Part shown: positions 53,496-64,000 of the stretch, piece after piece | Layout of the letters: each line of letters opens with the position of its first letter | Position numbering within the stretch: the stretch's first letter is position 1 | NCBI RefSeq assembly: GCF_018350175.1 | Contig: NC_058369.1 | Coordinates: 12,464,001 to 12,528,000, forward strand | Direction of reading: 5' to 3' | Source of the DNA: Felis catus | Taxonomy: Eukaryota | DNA length: 64,000 nt | The notes under the pieces: model-generated | The model's database searches: none | What the model was told of the DNA's origin: nothing | The model's input: the letters and a program-made list of their open reading frames with translations, nothing else | Program-made: the position numbers and the translations under genes

Positions 53496-56400
53496 TGTGG
53501 GGAAGGGGCAGAGAGAGAGGGAGACAGAATCTGAAGCAGGCTCCAGGCTCTGAGCCGTCGGCACAGAGCCCGACGCGGGGCTCAAACTCACGAACCGCGA
53601 GATCATGACCTGAGCCGAAGTCGGACGCTTAACCGACTGAGCCACCCGGGCGCCCCTCTTAGCAATTTCCAAACACACATGCCGCAGTGTTAAGTGTGGT
53701 CCTCAGGCTATTCATTGCGTCCCTGCTACTTGTTTACCTTATAAGCGGAAGTCTGTGCCCTTCGAGTCCCGATGCTTTAATTATCATTGCTTAAAATGCA
53801 TCCTAGTGTTTGGAGGCCTCTACCTTCCCTCTTCATACATTCCCCACCCTCCACCAATCTTCCAATTTCGTTTTCCAAATGAGCCTGATGATTGATCATT
53901 TTGTGGCATTTCAAAAAAAAGAAAAAAAGAAAAGAAAAACTTTTTTTTTTTCTAAAGAAAAATGGGCGATGGGGGCAAAAAGAACTCCAGGAGGAATTCG
54001 ATTTTGCAACCCCAGGTGCAGGCAGTAAAAGCACAACGCAGCTTCCAGGTGGCATGGGGGACGGGATGATGATCCCTGAGCTTTCCCCAGGCCCAACCGG
54101 CCTAGGGACCTTGCTCGTCCTTCCAGAAGGGATCCTTGGGCCGCCGGGGTGACCTCTACCCACTTCCGGCTTTCCTCCCAAACCGAGCATCTCCCCTCTG
54201 TCACCCAAGGGTCACGGCATCATTCTCCTTCAGTGGCTTCGCATGGGGGTCTTCCCGTGGAGATCAGGGCTGCACCAGGGGCCCTTGGAGAGGTGTCTCT
54301 CTAGCAAATAAGTCATTAGGCAGCACGAATAGCAGGAGTCAACTCCCCGTGGTACTTGCTTTAGAGGCTTAGTTCTCCTGGGCCACCAGCAGCTCCAGCA
54401 CAGCAGCTCCGGAGAGCTGCTCCTGGTAGGTCCTGGCCTTTTTCCTTCAAGCTCTTCCTGTTCTGACTCTGGTCCCTCAGACAGGAGAATTTTCCACCCT
54501 CTGCCTCCTTCCTAGGACCGGTGGTTTGTGGCTGGCCGGCGTCTCCAACTTCTCTTACTGCTCCAAGGCTGGCACTGCGGGAAAGTCCCCTGGAGAGTGG
54601 GCTCCTGTTCAACCTCCCTGCATCACAGACTCCATTTATCCAGGTTTCCTGGGTGCACATGCCTGGAATATTCTGGTACAACTCAGTGAAGAGGGGAGGG
54701 GTGATTGCTTCCATTTTATGATGAGGAAACTCAAGACTGGAGGCTCGAGGTCCTAGGCCTCCTCTAGCCTAATTCTCTAGCATTGCAGTTTGCACCTTCT
54801 GTTGGGGCAGAAAGAGGGGCTCCTGGGGTTCTCAGCATTCGGACCAAAGTCTTAGGGCCACATCACTCCCCACAAAATCTTGCCCACGGGGATGGCCTTA
54901 TGTTTTACCACTGCCCCTCTTTGTTGGTATTTCAAGTACCTCCCCAACCCCAGCTTTCCTTCTCTGGGCTCTTTACCACACTTCCTGCCACAGGGCCTTT
55001 GCACACGCTGTTCCCTCTGGTTGCAAGGGGCTCTGCCCAGCACACTGTTCCTTGTGTTTTGCTCTGCAGCTCAATCCTGAATTCTAAATAAAGACAGGAT
55101 CCACCCTGCACGCTTGAGACCCATCTGCCCCCAGGACCACATCATAGCATGAGATTTTGGGCAGGGCCGACGGAGATCTTAGCTTTTGTCATGGCTCTAT
55201 TTCTGGGGCAAGCCAGGGCCAACCTATAAGAAGCTGTAGTCTTTTCTCCCTCTGCCTGTCTCTTATAAGGACTCCTGGAATCGTACTTGGGGCCCCGGTA
55301 ATCCAGGAAAATCTCCCCAGCTCAAAATCCTTAACTTACTCACATCTACAAAGCCCTTTGTGTTCGCCATCGTCCTCCAGACAAATGGAACCGATAGGAT
55401 ATAGAGAGATACACATAAGAGGAGATTTATTAGAACTGGCTCACACTGTCGTGGAGGCCAAGAAGTCCCGCCATCTGCCATCTGCAGGCTGGCGAACGAG
55501 AAAAGCAGGCGGCGTAATTCAGTTGTCGGCCCGCGGCCTGAGAATCAGGGGGCTGAAGATTCCAAGTCCTGATCTGAGTCCAAAAGCATGGGAACCAATG
55601 TCTACGGGCAGGGGAAGAAGGATGTCTCAGCTCAGGCAGAGAGAGGGAAACCTTTCCTCCTTTTTTTTTTTTTTATTGGTCATATTTGGGCCCTTGGTGG
55701 ACGGGATGAGGTGTTGGGGACAGCCATCTGTTTCACCCGTTTCACCAATTCAGTCTCCTCCAGAGACACCACCACCCCGGACACACTCAGAAACCGTATT
55801 TGACCAGCTATCTGGGTATCCCTTAGCCCAGTCAAACTGACACCTGAAATTAACCATCACAGCCCTTTTCCATACAAGGTGCATTCACGGGGTCCAGGGA
55901 TTAGGGTTGGATATTTTGGGGGGCCATTGTTTAGCTTCCACAGAGGGTTTTCTTTCTTTTTTAATATTTATTCATTAATTTTGAGAGAGATTGAAAGAGT
56001 GTGTGAGCGGGAGAGAGGCAGAGAGAGAGGGAGCGCGAGAGAGAATCGCAAGCAGCCTCCATGCTGTCAGCGCAGAGCCTGACACGGGGCTCGGTCCCAC
56101 AAACCGTGAGATCACGACCTGAGCCGAAATCAAGAGTCGGGCGCTTAACCGACTGAGCCACCCGGGCACCCCCCACAGAGGGTTTTCCAGGCAAAAGATT
56201 CCATGATGGCTGACACGGGATCAGATTCAAAATTTACCTGCTGGATGTCCCACGTCTCAGGTACCTTCACGTGCAGGTGCTCTAAGACTCTGCCTGCACC
56301 TCTTACTGGACTTATTGCCATGACACCACAGCCAGGCCCATCTTGGGGGGCTCAGTGTGTCTCACTCAGGGCCACCGAGCTAAGTGCCCATGCCGAGGGT

Positions 56401-59400
56401 TGAACGCGTGCCCCTCTCTCTGCCAGGCCCTTCTCGGTGACCAGTACGGCCCCTGTCCAGTCCCCACGCTGATCGAGGAGAAGGAGTGGGAGGCTCTGAG
56501 GGCCCAGCTGACCTCCAAGCCACGCGACCTGGAGTTGGTAGCTCAACACTTCCGGAGGGACGAGAACGCCGTGCCTCCCACCTACCTGCTGCAGGCCCTG
56601 GGCACCTCGGAGGCCTGTGGGCCCGAAGAGGCCACGCTGACCTCAGTGCTACGCTCTGGAGCCCAGGAGGCCCGGAGGCTGGGCCTCATCACCCAGGAGC
56701 AGTGGCATCGTTATCACTGGTCAGGTGAGGCCACTGGGACGCCCCCTCAGGGTCCACAGGAGATGCCCCATGTTCAAATGAGCTCATTGCATACTGTCCC
56801 AACACCACAGCCCGTACCTCTGTAAATGTCAAACCAGCCTAACTCCTGGATCCCTGGTTCTGGAAGGGGTTATTTGACTGATCCAAGAGTGCAGCCATGT
56901 TCTGGTTAATTCTCTGCCTCTTAGGACCCTCCTTTCTTCTCCCCCTCCAGCTCCTTCTCCCAGGGAGGCTCCTGGCTCTGGGGGAAGGCTTCTGAAATGA
57001 CTTGCTATCCTGGTCTGTCCGAGACTTTCAGGGCTGAACCCAGATAGTCCTGGAAGATGTGAAACTGTGGGTCACCTAATTTTAGCCCAAGAGCCAGCCC
57101 CTGCTGGGGAGACTGGGTCCTCCAGCCTCCCTACACCTGCCTCAGAGCTGGAAACCGAGGCACAGGAAGGGGTCTCCTTTGCCTGAGGTGGGGGATAGGG
57201 ATTTGACCCGAGTCTATCACCCCGCTCCCAGTTGGCCCCTTACTTCCCACCTCTAGCCTCCCCCTCTGGTTCTTTTATACTCTGCACTGGCTACCAGGAA
57301 GGTTTTTGTAAAAATGTAACGTTTTTACAAGCCATTTCCCCACTGTTTGCTGTCAGCAAGAAACAGGTTTTATTATCATTCACAGGTCAGATGTGTCCAT
57401 TTACAGCACCACGACTATTAAGCATGTCAATTTCTCGTACTAAAAATATTAAAAACATGAACTCATTTTATCCACATATTAAATATATGGATTTAGGGGC
57501 GCCCGGGTGGCTCAGTCGGTTAAGCGTCTGACTTCGGCTCAGGTCACGATCTCGCGGTCCGTGGGTTCGAGCCCCACGTCGGGCTCTGTGCTGACGGCTC
57601 GGAGCCTGGAGCCTGCTTCCGATTCTGTGTCTCCCTCTCTCTCTGCCCCTCCCCTGCTCATGCTCTGTCTCTCTCTCTCTCAAAAATAAATAAAACATTA
57701 AAAAATTTAAACATGTGGAATTATATTATGAACGTATTAAATATATTGATTTGTTTAAATATATTGAATATAGTAATTTATGTTAACGGTATTTTAATTT
57801 TACTAAAATATATTGATGACAATATATTATATTAATTCTAGTAATGACATGTCCATTTTTAAAAATAAACTTTTTTTTAAGTTTATTTATTTATTTCGAA
57901 AGAGAGAGAGAGAGTCAGGTAGGGGCAGAGAGAGAGGAGGAAAGAGAACCCCAAGCAGCCTCCATGCTGTCAGTGCAGAGCCCCCCATTCAGGGCTCAAA
58001 CCCACGAGCCGAGATCGTGACCTGAGCTGAGATCAACGGTCGGACACTTAACCAACTGAGCCATGCAGGCGCCCCTTGAAAATAAACTTTTAATATGGGT
58101 GTAATTTTAGATTTTCAGGAAAATTACAGTGTTATAAAGCTACAAAAATAGTACAGAGTCTCTGCATGTTCTTCACACAGATAAGTCAACATCTTATGTG
58201 ACCACGGTACCTTTGCAGGAACTAAGAAGTTAACATCGGTACATGACGATTAGCTAGTCTCCAGACTTTATGTAGATTTCCTCAGTTTTCCCATCAACGT
58301 TTTTCTGTCCCAGGATCCCGTCCAGGGACACGTGTCACATGTCAGTTTCCTCTGGACTGTGACAGTTTCTCAGCCTTTCCTTGTTTTTGATGACTTTGAC
58401 CATTGTGAGGAGCGCTGGCCACATCTTTTGCAGAATGCCCCTCAATCTGGGCTTGTCTGGTGTTTTCTCGTGGTTAGACGGGGGCTATCGGTTTCTGGAA
58501 GGAAACCTATCCCCCTATCCCATCATATCAGGGGTACCGGACGCCCACCTGACATCACAGGTGAAGCTAACCTGATACTTTAGTTAAGACTAACAATGAC
58601 GTATCAATTTTGAATACGCCATTTATGTGAATAATAATGTTAATGGCTACTGTTTATTGAGCACTTACTGTGTGGCTATCGCTTGCTTTATGACTCAAAG
58701 ACAAATACGCTAATTGCTTTCATAGAGATATCTGCCATTGGGACTGTAATCAGCGTCTGGGGTCTCTGCTTCAGGGTGGGCCCGGACTTGCGGTTCAGCC
58801 TTGTCCTTTCCCAGCTGTATCGACTTCTAGCAGGTTCGCAGCCTCAGTTTCCTCATCTGTAGAATGGAACTAGTCAGAGGTAGTACATTACAGAACTGTG
58901 GTGGGGATCTTGTCCCCTGGTCTCGCCCCAGCCATGATCTCATTCAGTCAAACCTAGCCCATTAAGAATTTCCACTTGAGGGGTGGGTGCCTGGGCGGCT
59001 CAGTCGGTTAAGCATCCAACTCTCGGTTTTCAGCTCAGGTCATGATCTCGTAGCTCATGAGATGGAGCCCTGCATCTGGCTCTGTGCTCACAGCCCAGAG
59101 CCTGCTTGGGATTCTCTCTCTCCCTCTCTCTCTTCCTTTCCCCCCACTTGTGCTCTCCCTCCCTTCAAAATAAACATTAAAAAAAATTTTTTAAGGAATC
59201 TCCGCTTGAAAGAATGAATAGAAACTCCTTGAAAGTAGCAGAAAGCACAAATGCGTGTTCGCGCCAGCGTCTTCCCAGCATATTTCCAGGCACCTTGCAC
59301 AGCTTTCTTCTTTCCATCTTTTTTATTCTGAAGTAGAGATTCACAGGAAGTTGCAAAAAAAAAAAAAAAAAAGCAGGAAGTAGCTCCCTGGATCCTTTAC

Positions 59401-62400
59401 CCAGTTTCCCCCAAAGTTAACACCTTGCAAAACTAAGGTACAATATGACGACCAAGAAGTGGACATTTTGACAACCAGAAAAAGCATCACTTTTACAGAC
59501 GTGCATTTATGCGTGTGCACGTGTGCACGTCTTTTGTCCTAAGAAATTATATCACCTGTGTAGCTTTGAGTACCTGCCCCAGTCAATACGCAGGACTGTT
59601 TCCTCACTGCAAAGGTCCCTCCCACTACCCTTTGATTTATTGTTACTTGTTTAAGCTGATTTATTAGTTTTTAAGTGTTTATTTATTTATTTATTTATTT
59701 TCAACGTTTATTTATTTTTGGGACAGAGAGAGAGCATGAACGGGGGAGGGGCAGAGAGAGAGGGAGACACAGAATCGGAAACAGGTTCCAGGCTCCGAGC
59801 TGTCAGCACAGAGCCTGACGCGGGGCTCGAACTCACAGACCGCGAGATCATGACCCCAGCCGAAGTCGGACGCTTAGCCAACTGAGCCACCCAGGCGCCC
59901 CAAGTGTTTATTTATTTTTGAGAGAGAGACAGAGACAGGGACAGAGAGAGGGAGGCACAGAATCCGAAGCAGGCTCCAGGCTCTGAGCTGTCGGCACAGA
60001 GATGATGCGGGGCTCGAACTCATGAGCCGTGAGATCATGACCCACGCCGAAATCAAGAGTCGGACTCTCACCCGACTGAGCCACCCTGTCTCCGCCACTA
60101 CCCCTTCTAGAATCACACTCGCCCCTCCCCTCAACCCCTAGCCCCTGGCAACCATCTCTGTCTCTATAATTTGTCACTTCATCGTTGTTAGAGAATAGGA
60201 TCACACAGTCCACAGCCTGTTGAGATTGGCTTTGTTGCTTTAGCGTAAGGTGCTCAGCTTTCCAATTATTTCATAGAAATTCCTGACAACAGCCTCATCA
60301 AGGGTAAGCTAGTGCATCCATGTTACAGGAGAGGTGCCGTGAGTTGACCAAGGTCACACAGCCCACAGGTGGCAGAGCAGATGGTCGGGGATTGACTCCT
60401 GCTGAAATGTGTCCCGGAAGGATCCCATTTCTGGACTGGTAGTTGCCTTTGCCCCTGACCTCCATTCACAGGGCTGAGGGGAGAGGGGAGTGGTGTCCCT
60501 CCAAGGAGGACTTTTGAGTGGCTCTTGTCTCTCTGGCTCTGAGACTGCGTCCTGTCTCCAAGGGCCTGACTCACTCAGCTGCAGAGACCTGGGAGCCTCT
60601 GCTGAGCCCAAGGCGGCTTAAAAAATAACTCCTCGGGTCTGAGTGCAGTTTCAAAACAAAGGCCTCCAAGGAGAAATCAGTGTCTGCTCTTGGCTCTGGA
60701 AAATACGGGTCCTGGGGCAGCTGCTGCGAGCTCTGGGACCAGGGTCGGCAAACCATGGCCCAAAGGCAAAATTTGGCCCGCCCACTTGTTTTTGTAAATA
60801 AAGTTTTATTGGAACACACTCAACTTAGTTTCTGCATGTCGTCGTGGCTGTTTTCACATTACAACAGCAGAGTTGAATCGTCGCAGCAGAAGCCATCCGA
60901 CCTGTGAAGCCTAAAATATTTACTCTCTGACCCTTTACAGGAAAGCATGCTGACCTTTGCTCTCAGCCTCCCGGCTCATGAAAAACTTTCTCCCTGGCCT
61001 CCGTGGCTTTGCAGCAGCTTTCTGAAGCCTCAAATGCCCTGCCTGCCCCTCTCGGCCCAGGATAGACAGATATTCTCATTTGTCAGTCTATCCGTTTTTT
61101 CCCTAAGATTGGAATACCACTCCGCAAAGGCAACGGAGACCTTTATGCATTTTCCTCACTGCGAGACGCCCCGGCATGGAGAGTAGAGGCTGACACAAGT
61201 GGGAGCTCCCTAAATGTTTGTTGAATGAATGTGTGATGGAGGCACCCACAACTGACAACATTGGATTCTTTTGATTGACGTGAAAGTCACGTAGCACGAA
61301 ATTAACCATTTTAAAGTTAACAGTTCAGTGCCTTCATAATATTGTGCAAGCACTACCTCTGTCTAGTTCCAGAACATTTCCATCACCCCCAAAGAAACTC
61401 CGTATTCATTAACGATCACTCGCTATCCCCTTCCCCCAGCACCCCCCCCCCACCCCACCCCCACCCCCCCCCCGGCAACCACCAGTCTGCCTTCTGTCTC
61501 CAGGATTTGTCTGTTCTGGACGTGTCATATAAACGGGATTACACAACAGGTGGCCTTTGGCATCTGGCTTCTGTTGCTCAACACGATGTTTTCAAGGTTC
61601 ATCCGAATCAGTGGTTCATTCCTTTCCATGACTGAGTAAGAGTCAATTGTATGGATGGATCATGCTCTGTTTATCCATTCATCAATTTGACGGGCCCTTG
61701 AGTGGTTTCCACCTTTTGGCCACTGTGAATAATATTGCTGTGAGCATGGGTGTACATGTGCCTGTTTGTCTGTGTTTTCAGCTCTTTTGGGTCTCTTTGT
61801 AAGAGTGGGATTCCTACAGAAACCCCATATTTAACTTTTTGCGTTTGATGGTATTGTTTTATAGTCGGGCCACTTGTCACATACGATCTCTGTGCTGCCT
61901 ACACCAAGGTTTCTTTGATTAATAATGACTAAATCAGGGGCACCTGAGTGGCTCAGTCGGTTAAGTGTCTGACTTCAGCTCAGGTCACGATCTCACGGTT
62001 TGTGAGTTTGAGCCCCACATCGGGCTCTGTGCTGACAGCTCTGAGCCTGGAGCCTGCTTCCGATTCTGTGTCTCCCTCTCTCCGCCCCTCCCCTGCTCAT
62101 GCCCTCTCTCTCTCTTTCAAAAATAAATAAACAACAACAACAAAAATAATGACTAAATCAGCACTATTCTTGGTGCGAGCCCCAGACCAGCAGTCTTAGC
62201 ATCACCTGGGAGCTTTTTGGAAATGTGAGCTCGTGGGCCCCACCTGAACCTACTGAATCAGAACTTCTGGAGGCAGACCCCAGCCGTATGGGTTTTTTGA
62301 GCCCCCGGGAAACTTTGGCAAACTGGAGTCCTCTGGCCAAATTTGGCCCACTGCTTGTTTTTGTAAATAAAGTTTTATTGGAACACATTTGAGGGCATTC

Positions 62401-63834
62401 GTAACCATATTATCTATGGTTACGCCAGGTGACTCCGGCACACGTTAAGTGTGAGAATCAATATCCGTACCCCCTGAATATGTCTCTCAAGTGTCTCCAC
62501 TCAGGCCAGCTGATCACACAATGATGACCATGCTGTCTTCCCATCTCCCCCACTTTTTCAGTCATCGAGTGGGAGATAGACCGGGGCCTGTTGAGCTTGA
62601 CGGATGGAGACCGGGGGGCAACCATCTTCTTGAGAGAGATCCAAGACCTCAACAAACACATCCTGGAAGACTGCGCCCTCAAGATGGTGGACCGGCTCCC
62701 AGATGGCTGCCTGGACACAGACGCCCAGAACCTTCTCCGTGGCCTCAAAGGACGCATTGCTGACGTGCAACCGGGAGTTCTCAGGGCTCACCACCTGCCG
62801 TGGAGCCGAGACCTGGTGAACCCTAAAAACAAGGCTCATGCTCGCTACCTGAAGGAGCTGGGGGAACAGTTTGTGGCCAGGGCTAGCCACCAGGTCCTGG
62901 AGCACCTCCGGGAGCTGGAGGCGGGCAGGCAGGAGTTGGCGTGGCTCTATCAGGAGATCCGCCACCACCTGGGGCTGAGTGCCGAGGCCAATCGGACTTT
63001 CTGTGGGCGCCAGGAGCTCCTGGCCCAGCTGGGGCAGCGGCTCCAGCAGAGCGACAGCCACCCCCACTCTCCCCTGGTGCTCTTTGGGCCCCCCGGCATC
63101 GGAAAGACAGCTCTGATGTGCAAACTGGCGGAACAAATGCCAGGCCTGCTTGGCCGCAAGACGGTGACCGTCCTGCGGCTTCTGGGAGCGTCACAGATGA
63201 GCTCCGACGCCCGAGGCCTGCTCCAGAGCATCTGCGCCCAGGTGTGCCTGGCCTACGGGTTGCCCCTGCCCCCTGCCCAGGTCCTGGAGGCCCACGCCAG
63301 GGTGGTGCAGTTTTTCCACACCCTCCTCCACACCGTCTCCTGCCGCAACTTCGAGTCCCTTGTGATCCTGTTGGATTCCATGGACGATGTGGATTCCATC
63401 TGCCGCGCCCGGAGGGTCCCCTGGCTGCCTCCCAAATGCCCCCCGAGGATCCACCTTATCCTCTCAGCCTGCTCAGGGCGCCAGGGGATTCTAGACACCG
63501 TGCGACAGACGCTGACGGACCCGGAGGCCTACTGGGAGGTGAAACCCCTCTCCGGAAACCAAGGGCAAGAGATGATCCAGCTCCTGCTGGCCGCCTCGAG
63601 GAGGACGCTGAGCCCAGGGCAGAGGGAACTGCTCTGGGCCAGCCTCCCAGAGTGCGGGCACCCAGGGCGGCTGAGGCTGGCCTTCGAGGAGGCCCGGAAA
63701 TGGGCCTCCTTCACCATACCTGCCCCCCTGGCCTCCACTGCCAAGGAAGCCATGCACCAACTGTGTGCCCGCCTGGAGCAGACACACGGGCAGGTCCTGG
63801 TGGCCCACGTGCTGGGCTACATCGCGTCTTCCCG
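47069..63834 (+). CDS. NWD1: NWD1 NACHT and WD repeat domain containing 1, 3'-partial: join(47069-47186, 49914-49999, 51377-51493, 56427-56724, 62562-63834...)
   Basis: Continuous frame across 5 GT-AG exons (118+86+117+298+1273 nt). Contains the NWD1 peptides FCQKHGLMFEVVDLRWG and GPPGIGKT (Walker A). The gene continues beyond the window. Confidence 0.95.
47482..47715 (+). mobile_element. SINEC_Fc with GC-shifted substitutions, NWD1 intron 1
   Basis: Full SINE; TSD aaag(c/t)(g/a)taagag. Confidence 0.9.
47960..48560 (+). mobile_element. MER63-like hAT-Blackjack element split by a 5'-truncated SINEC (48236-48420)
   Basis: ctgaacgcggagtcaggcagagatg...aataattaggaag|SINE|aattaggaagggatgagttttgag. 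Confidence 0.6.
49118..49415. mobile_element. MER53-like palindromic MITE with a duplicated right arm
   Basis: Ends tagggctgccgga...tctagcgacccca; inner inverted repeat atttcagata...tatctgaaat. Confidence 0.65.
49523..49773 (-). mobile_element. SINEC ~140 bp upstream of NWD1 exon 2
   Basis: Reverse SINE body ending caggcgcccc. Confidence 0.9.
49914..49999 (+). CDS. NWD1: NWD1 exon 2 (DMDAEREALQSTAYPEVQNFCQKHGLMFE)
   Basis: Acceptor ccttccttgcag; donor GAG|GTAACT; not captured by the ORF track. Confidence 0.93.
51377..51493 (+). CDS. NWD1: NWD1 exon 3 (VVDLRWGVRNTEATEHMTTELCLEELDRCRKTSTGPAFV)
   Basis: ctccag acceptor, GTGAGT donor, 117 nt, phase 0/0. Confidence 0.95.
52158..52900 (+). mobile_element. 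MER58A (~52158-52385), old short SINEC (52533-52640) and young SINEC_Fc (52641-52900)
   Basis: MER58 core gcttttgtaaataaaactttattggcac; young SINE nearly identical to the 10800 copy. Confidence 0.85.
53205..53765 (-). mobile_element. L1 3' end split by an antisense SINEC (53405-53656)
   Basis: TSD ctcttagcaa at ~53394 and ~53656. Confidence 0.8.
55240..56172 (-). mobile_element. MLT1 LTR containing an MLT2 LTR (~55360-55860), followed by a SINEC (55948-56172)
   Basis: MLT2 end gcccagtcaaactgacacctgaaattaaccatcaca flanked by agccctt; SINE TSD ccacagagggtttt. Confidence 0.7.
56427..56724 (+). CDS. NWD1: NWD1 exon 4 (ALLGDQYGPCPVP...QWHRYHWS)
   Basis: tgccag acceptor, GTGAGG donor, 298 nt. 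Confidence 0.95.
57496..58585. mobile_element. SINECs (57496-57710 +, 57871-58075 -) and an antisense L1 fragment (~58080-58585)
   Basis: SINE bodies; L1 motif tgtgacagtttctcagcctttccttgtttttgatgactttgac. Confidence 0.8.
58985..60250. mobile_element. SINEC + (58985-59192) and an antisense L1 fragment (~59320-60250) holding two nested antisense SINECs (59672-60085)
   Basis: TSD aagtgtttatttattt at ~59673 and ~59902. Confidence 0.8.
60738..62390. mobile_element. MER58A (~60738-60960), antisense L1 (~61270-61830), SINEC (61937-62148), MER5/MER58 fragments (~62165-62390)
   Basis: Recognisable consensus motifs; SINE TSD aataatgactaaatcag. Confidence 0.75.
62562..63834 (+). CDS. NWD1: NWD1 exon 5, large NACHT-domain exon
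   Basis: tttttcag acceptor; Walker A GPPGIGKT 63086-63109; Walker B LVILLDSMDD 63359-63388; donor CG|GTAAGT; 1273 nt. Confidence 0.97.
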
Positions 63835-64000
63835 GTAAGTCTCTGTTGTTACGCTCTGTTGTTTAGTTATTGACACAGAAGGCATGGCTTCTGATGGCTT
63901 AGAGCAGAGATTTGCTCCCTCACAGTTCCGGAGGCCAGAGTGTAAAGTCCAGGCGTCAGCAGGGCCGCGCTCCCTCTGAGGGCACCAGGGGAGAATCCGT

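Noticed and set aside
55157..55840. 227-aa ORF in NWD1 intron 3
   Set aside because: Lies within nested MLT1/MLT2 LTR relics; chance open frame.
60360..60376. CTCF-like cccacaggtggcag
   Set aside because: Mismatches in the core and located in a MIR-like relic; too weak.
9456..62130. Many similar ~60-aa ORFs ([17 protein letters not shown]...)
   Set aside because: Translations of carnivore SINE copies, not a gene family; their tRNA-like heads are not tRNA genes.
62941..63873. 310-aa alternative-frame ORF, plus antisense ORFs, overlapping NWD1 exon 5
   Set aside because: No true ATG start (GTG), Pro/Gly/Ala-rich, and an expected shadow of a GC3-rich coding exon.

Overview
This is mammalian DNA, almost certainly felid, because it is dense in tRNA-derived carnivore SINEs of the SINEC_Fc type. 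It carries the SMIM7-TMEM38A-NWD1 block that is syntenic to human 19p13.11. The first four coding exons of SMIM7 lie on the minus strand and run off the left edge. SMIM7 shares a CpG-island bidirectional promoter (~5.05-7.4 kb) with TMEM38A/TRIC-A, a complete 6-exon plus-strand gene with a 912-nt CDS (303 aa) and a polyA signal at 26652. A ~20 kb repeat-rich intergenic block follows, containing one strong CTCF-like site. The first five coding exons of NWD1 (NACHT-WD40 STAND protein, plus strand) then run off the right edge. All exon junctions were read by hand; they are GT-AG and phase-consistent. The most notable observation is an in-frame upstream NWD1 coding exon (47069-47186) that completes an intact DUF4062/TIR-like N-terminal domain with a candidate catalytic glutamate. 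The human reference N-terminus, as I recall it, matches the shifted frame of exon 2 instead. Other observations are local GC-biased substitution hotspots, candidate muscle and RFX/forkhead enhancers, and young SINE insertions. Repeat family names come from recalled consensus sequences and their boundaries are approximate; no database searches were run.
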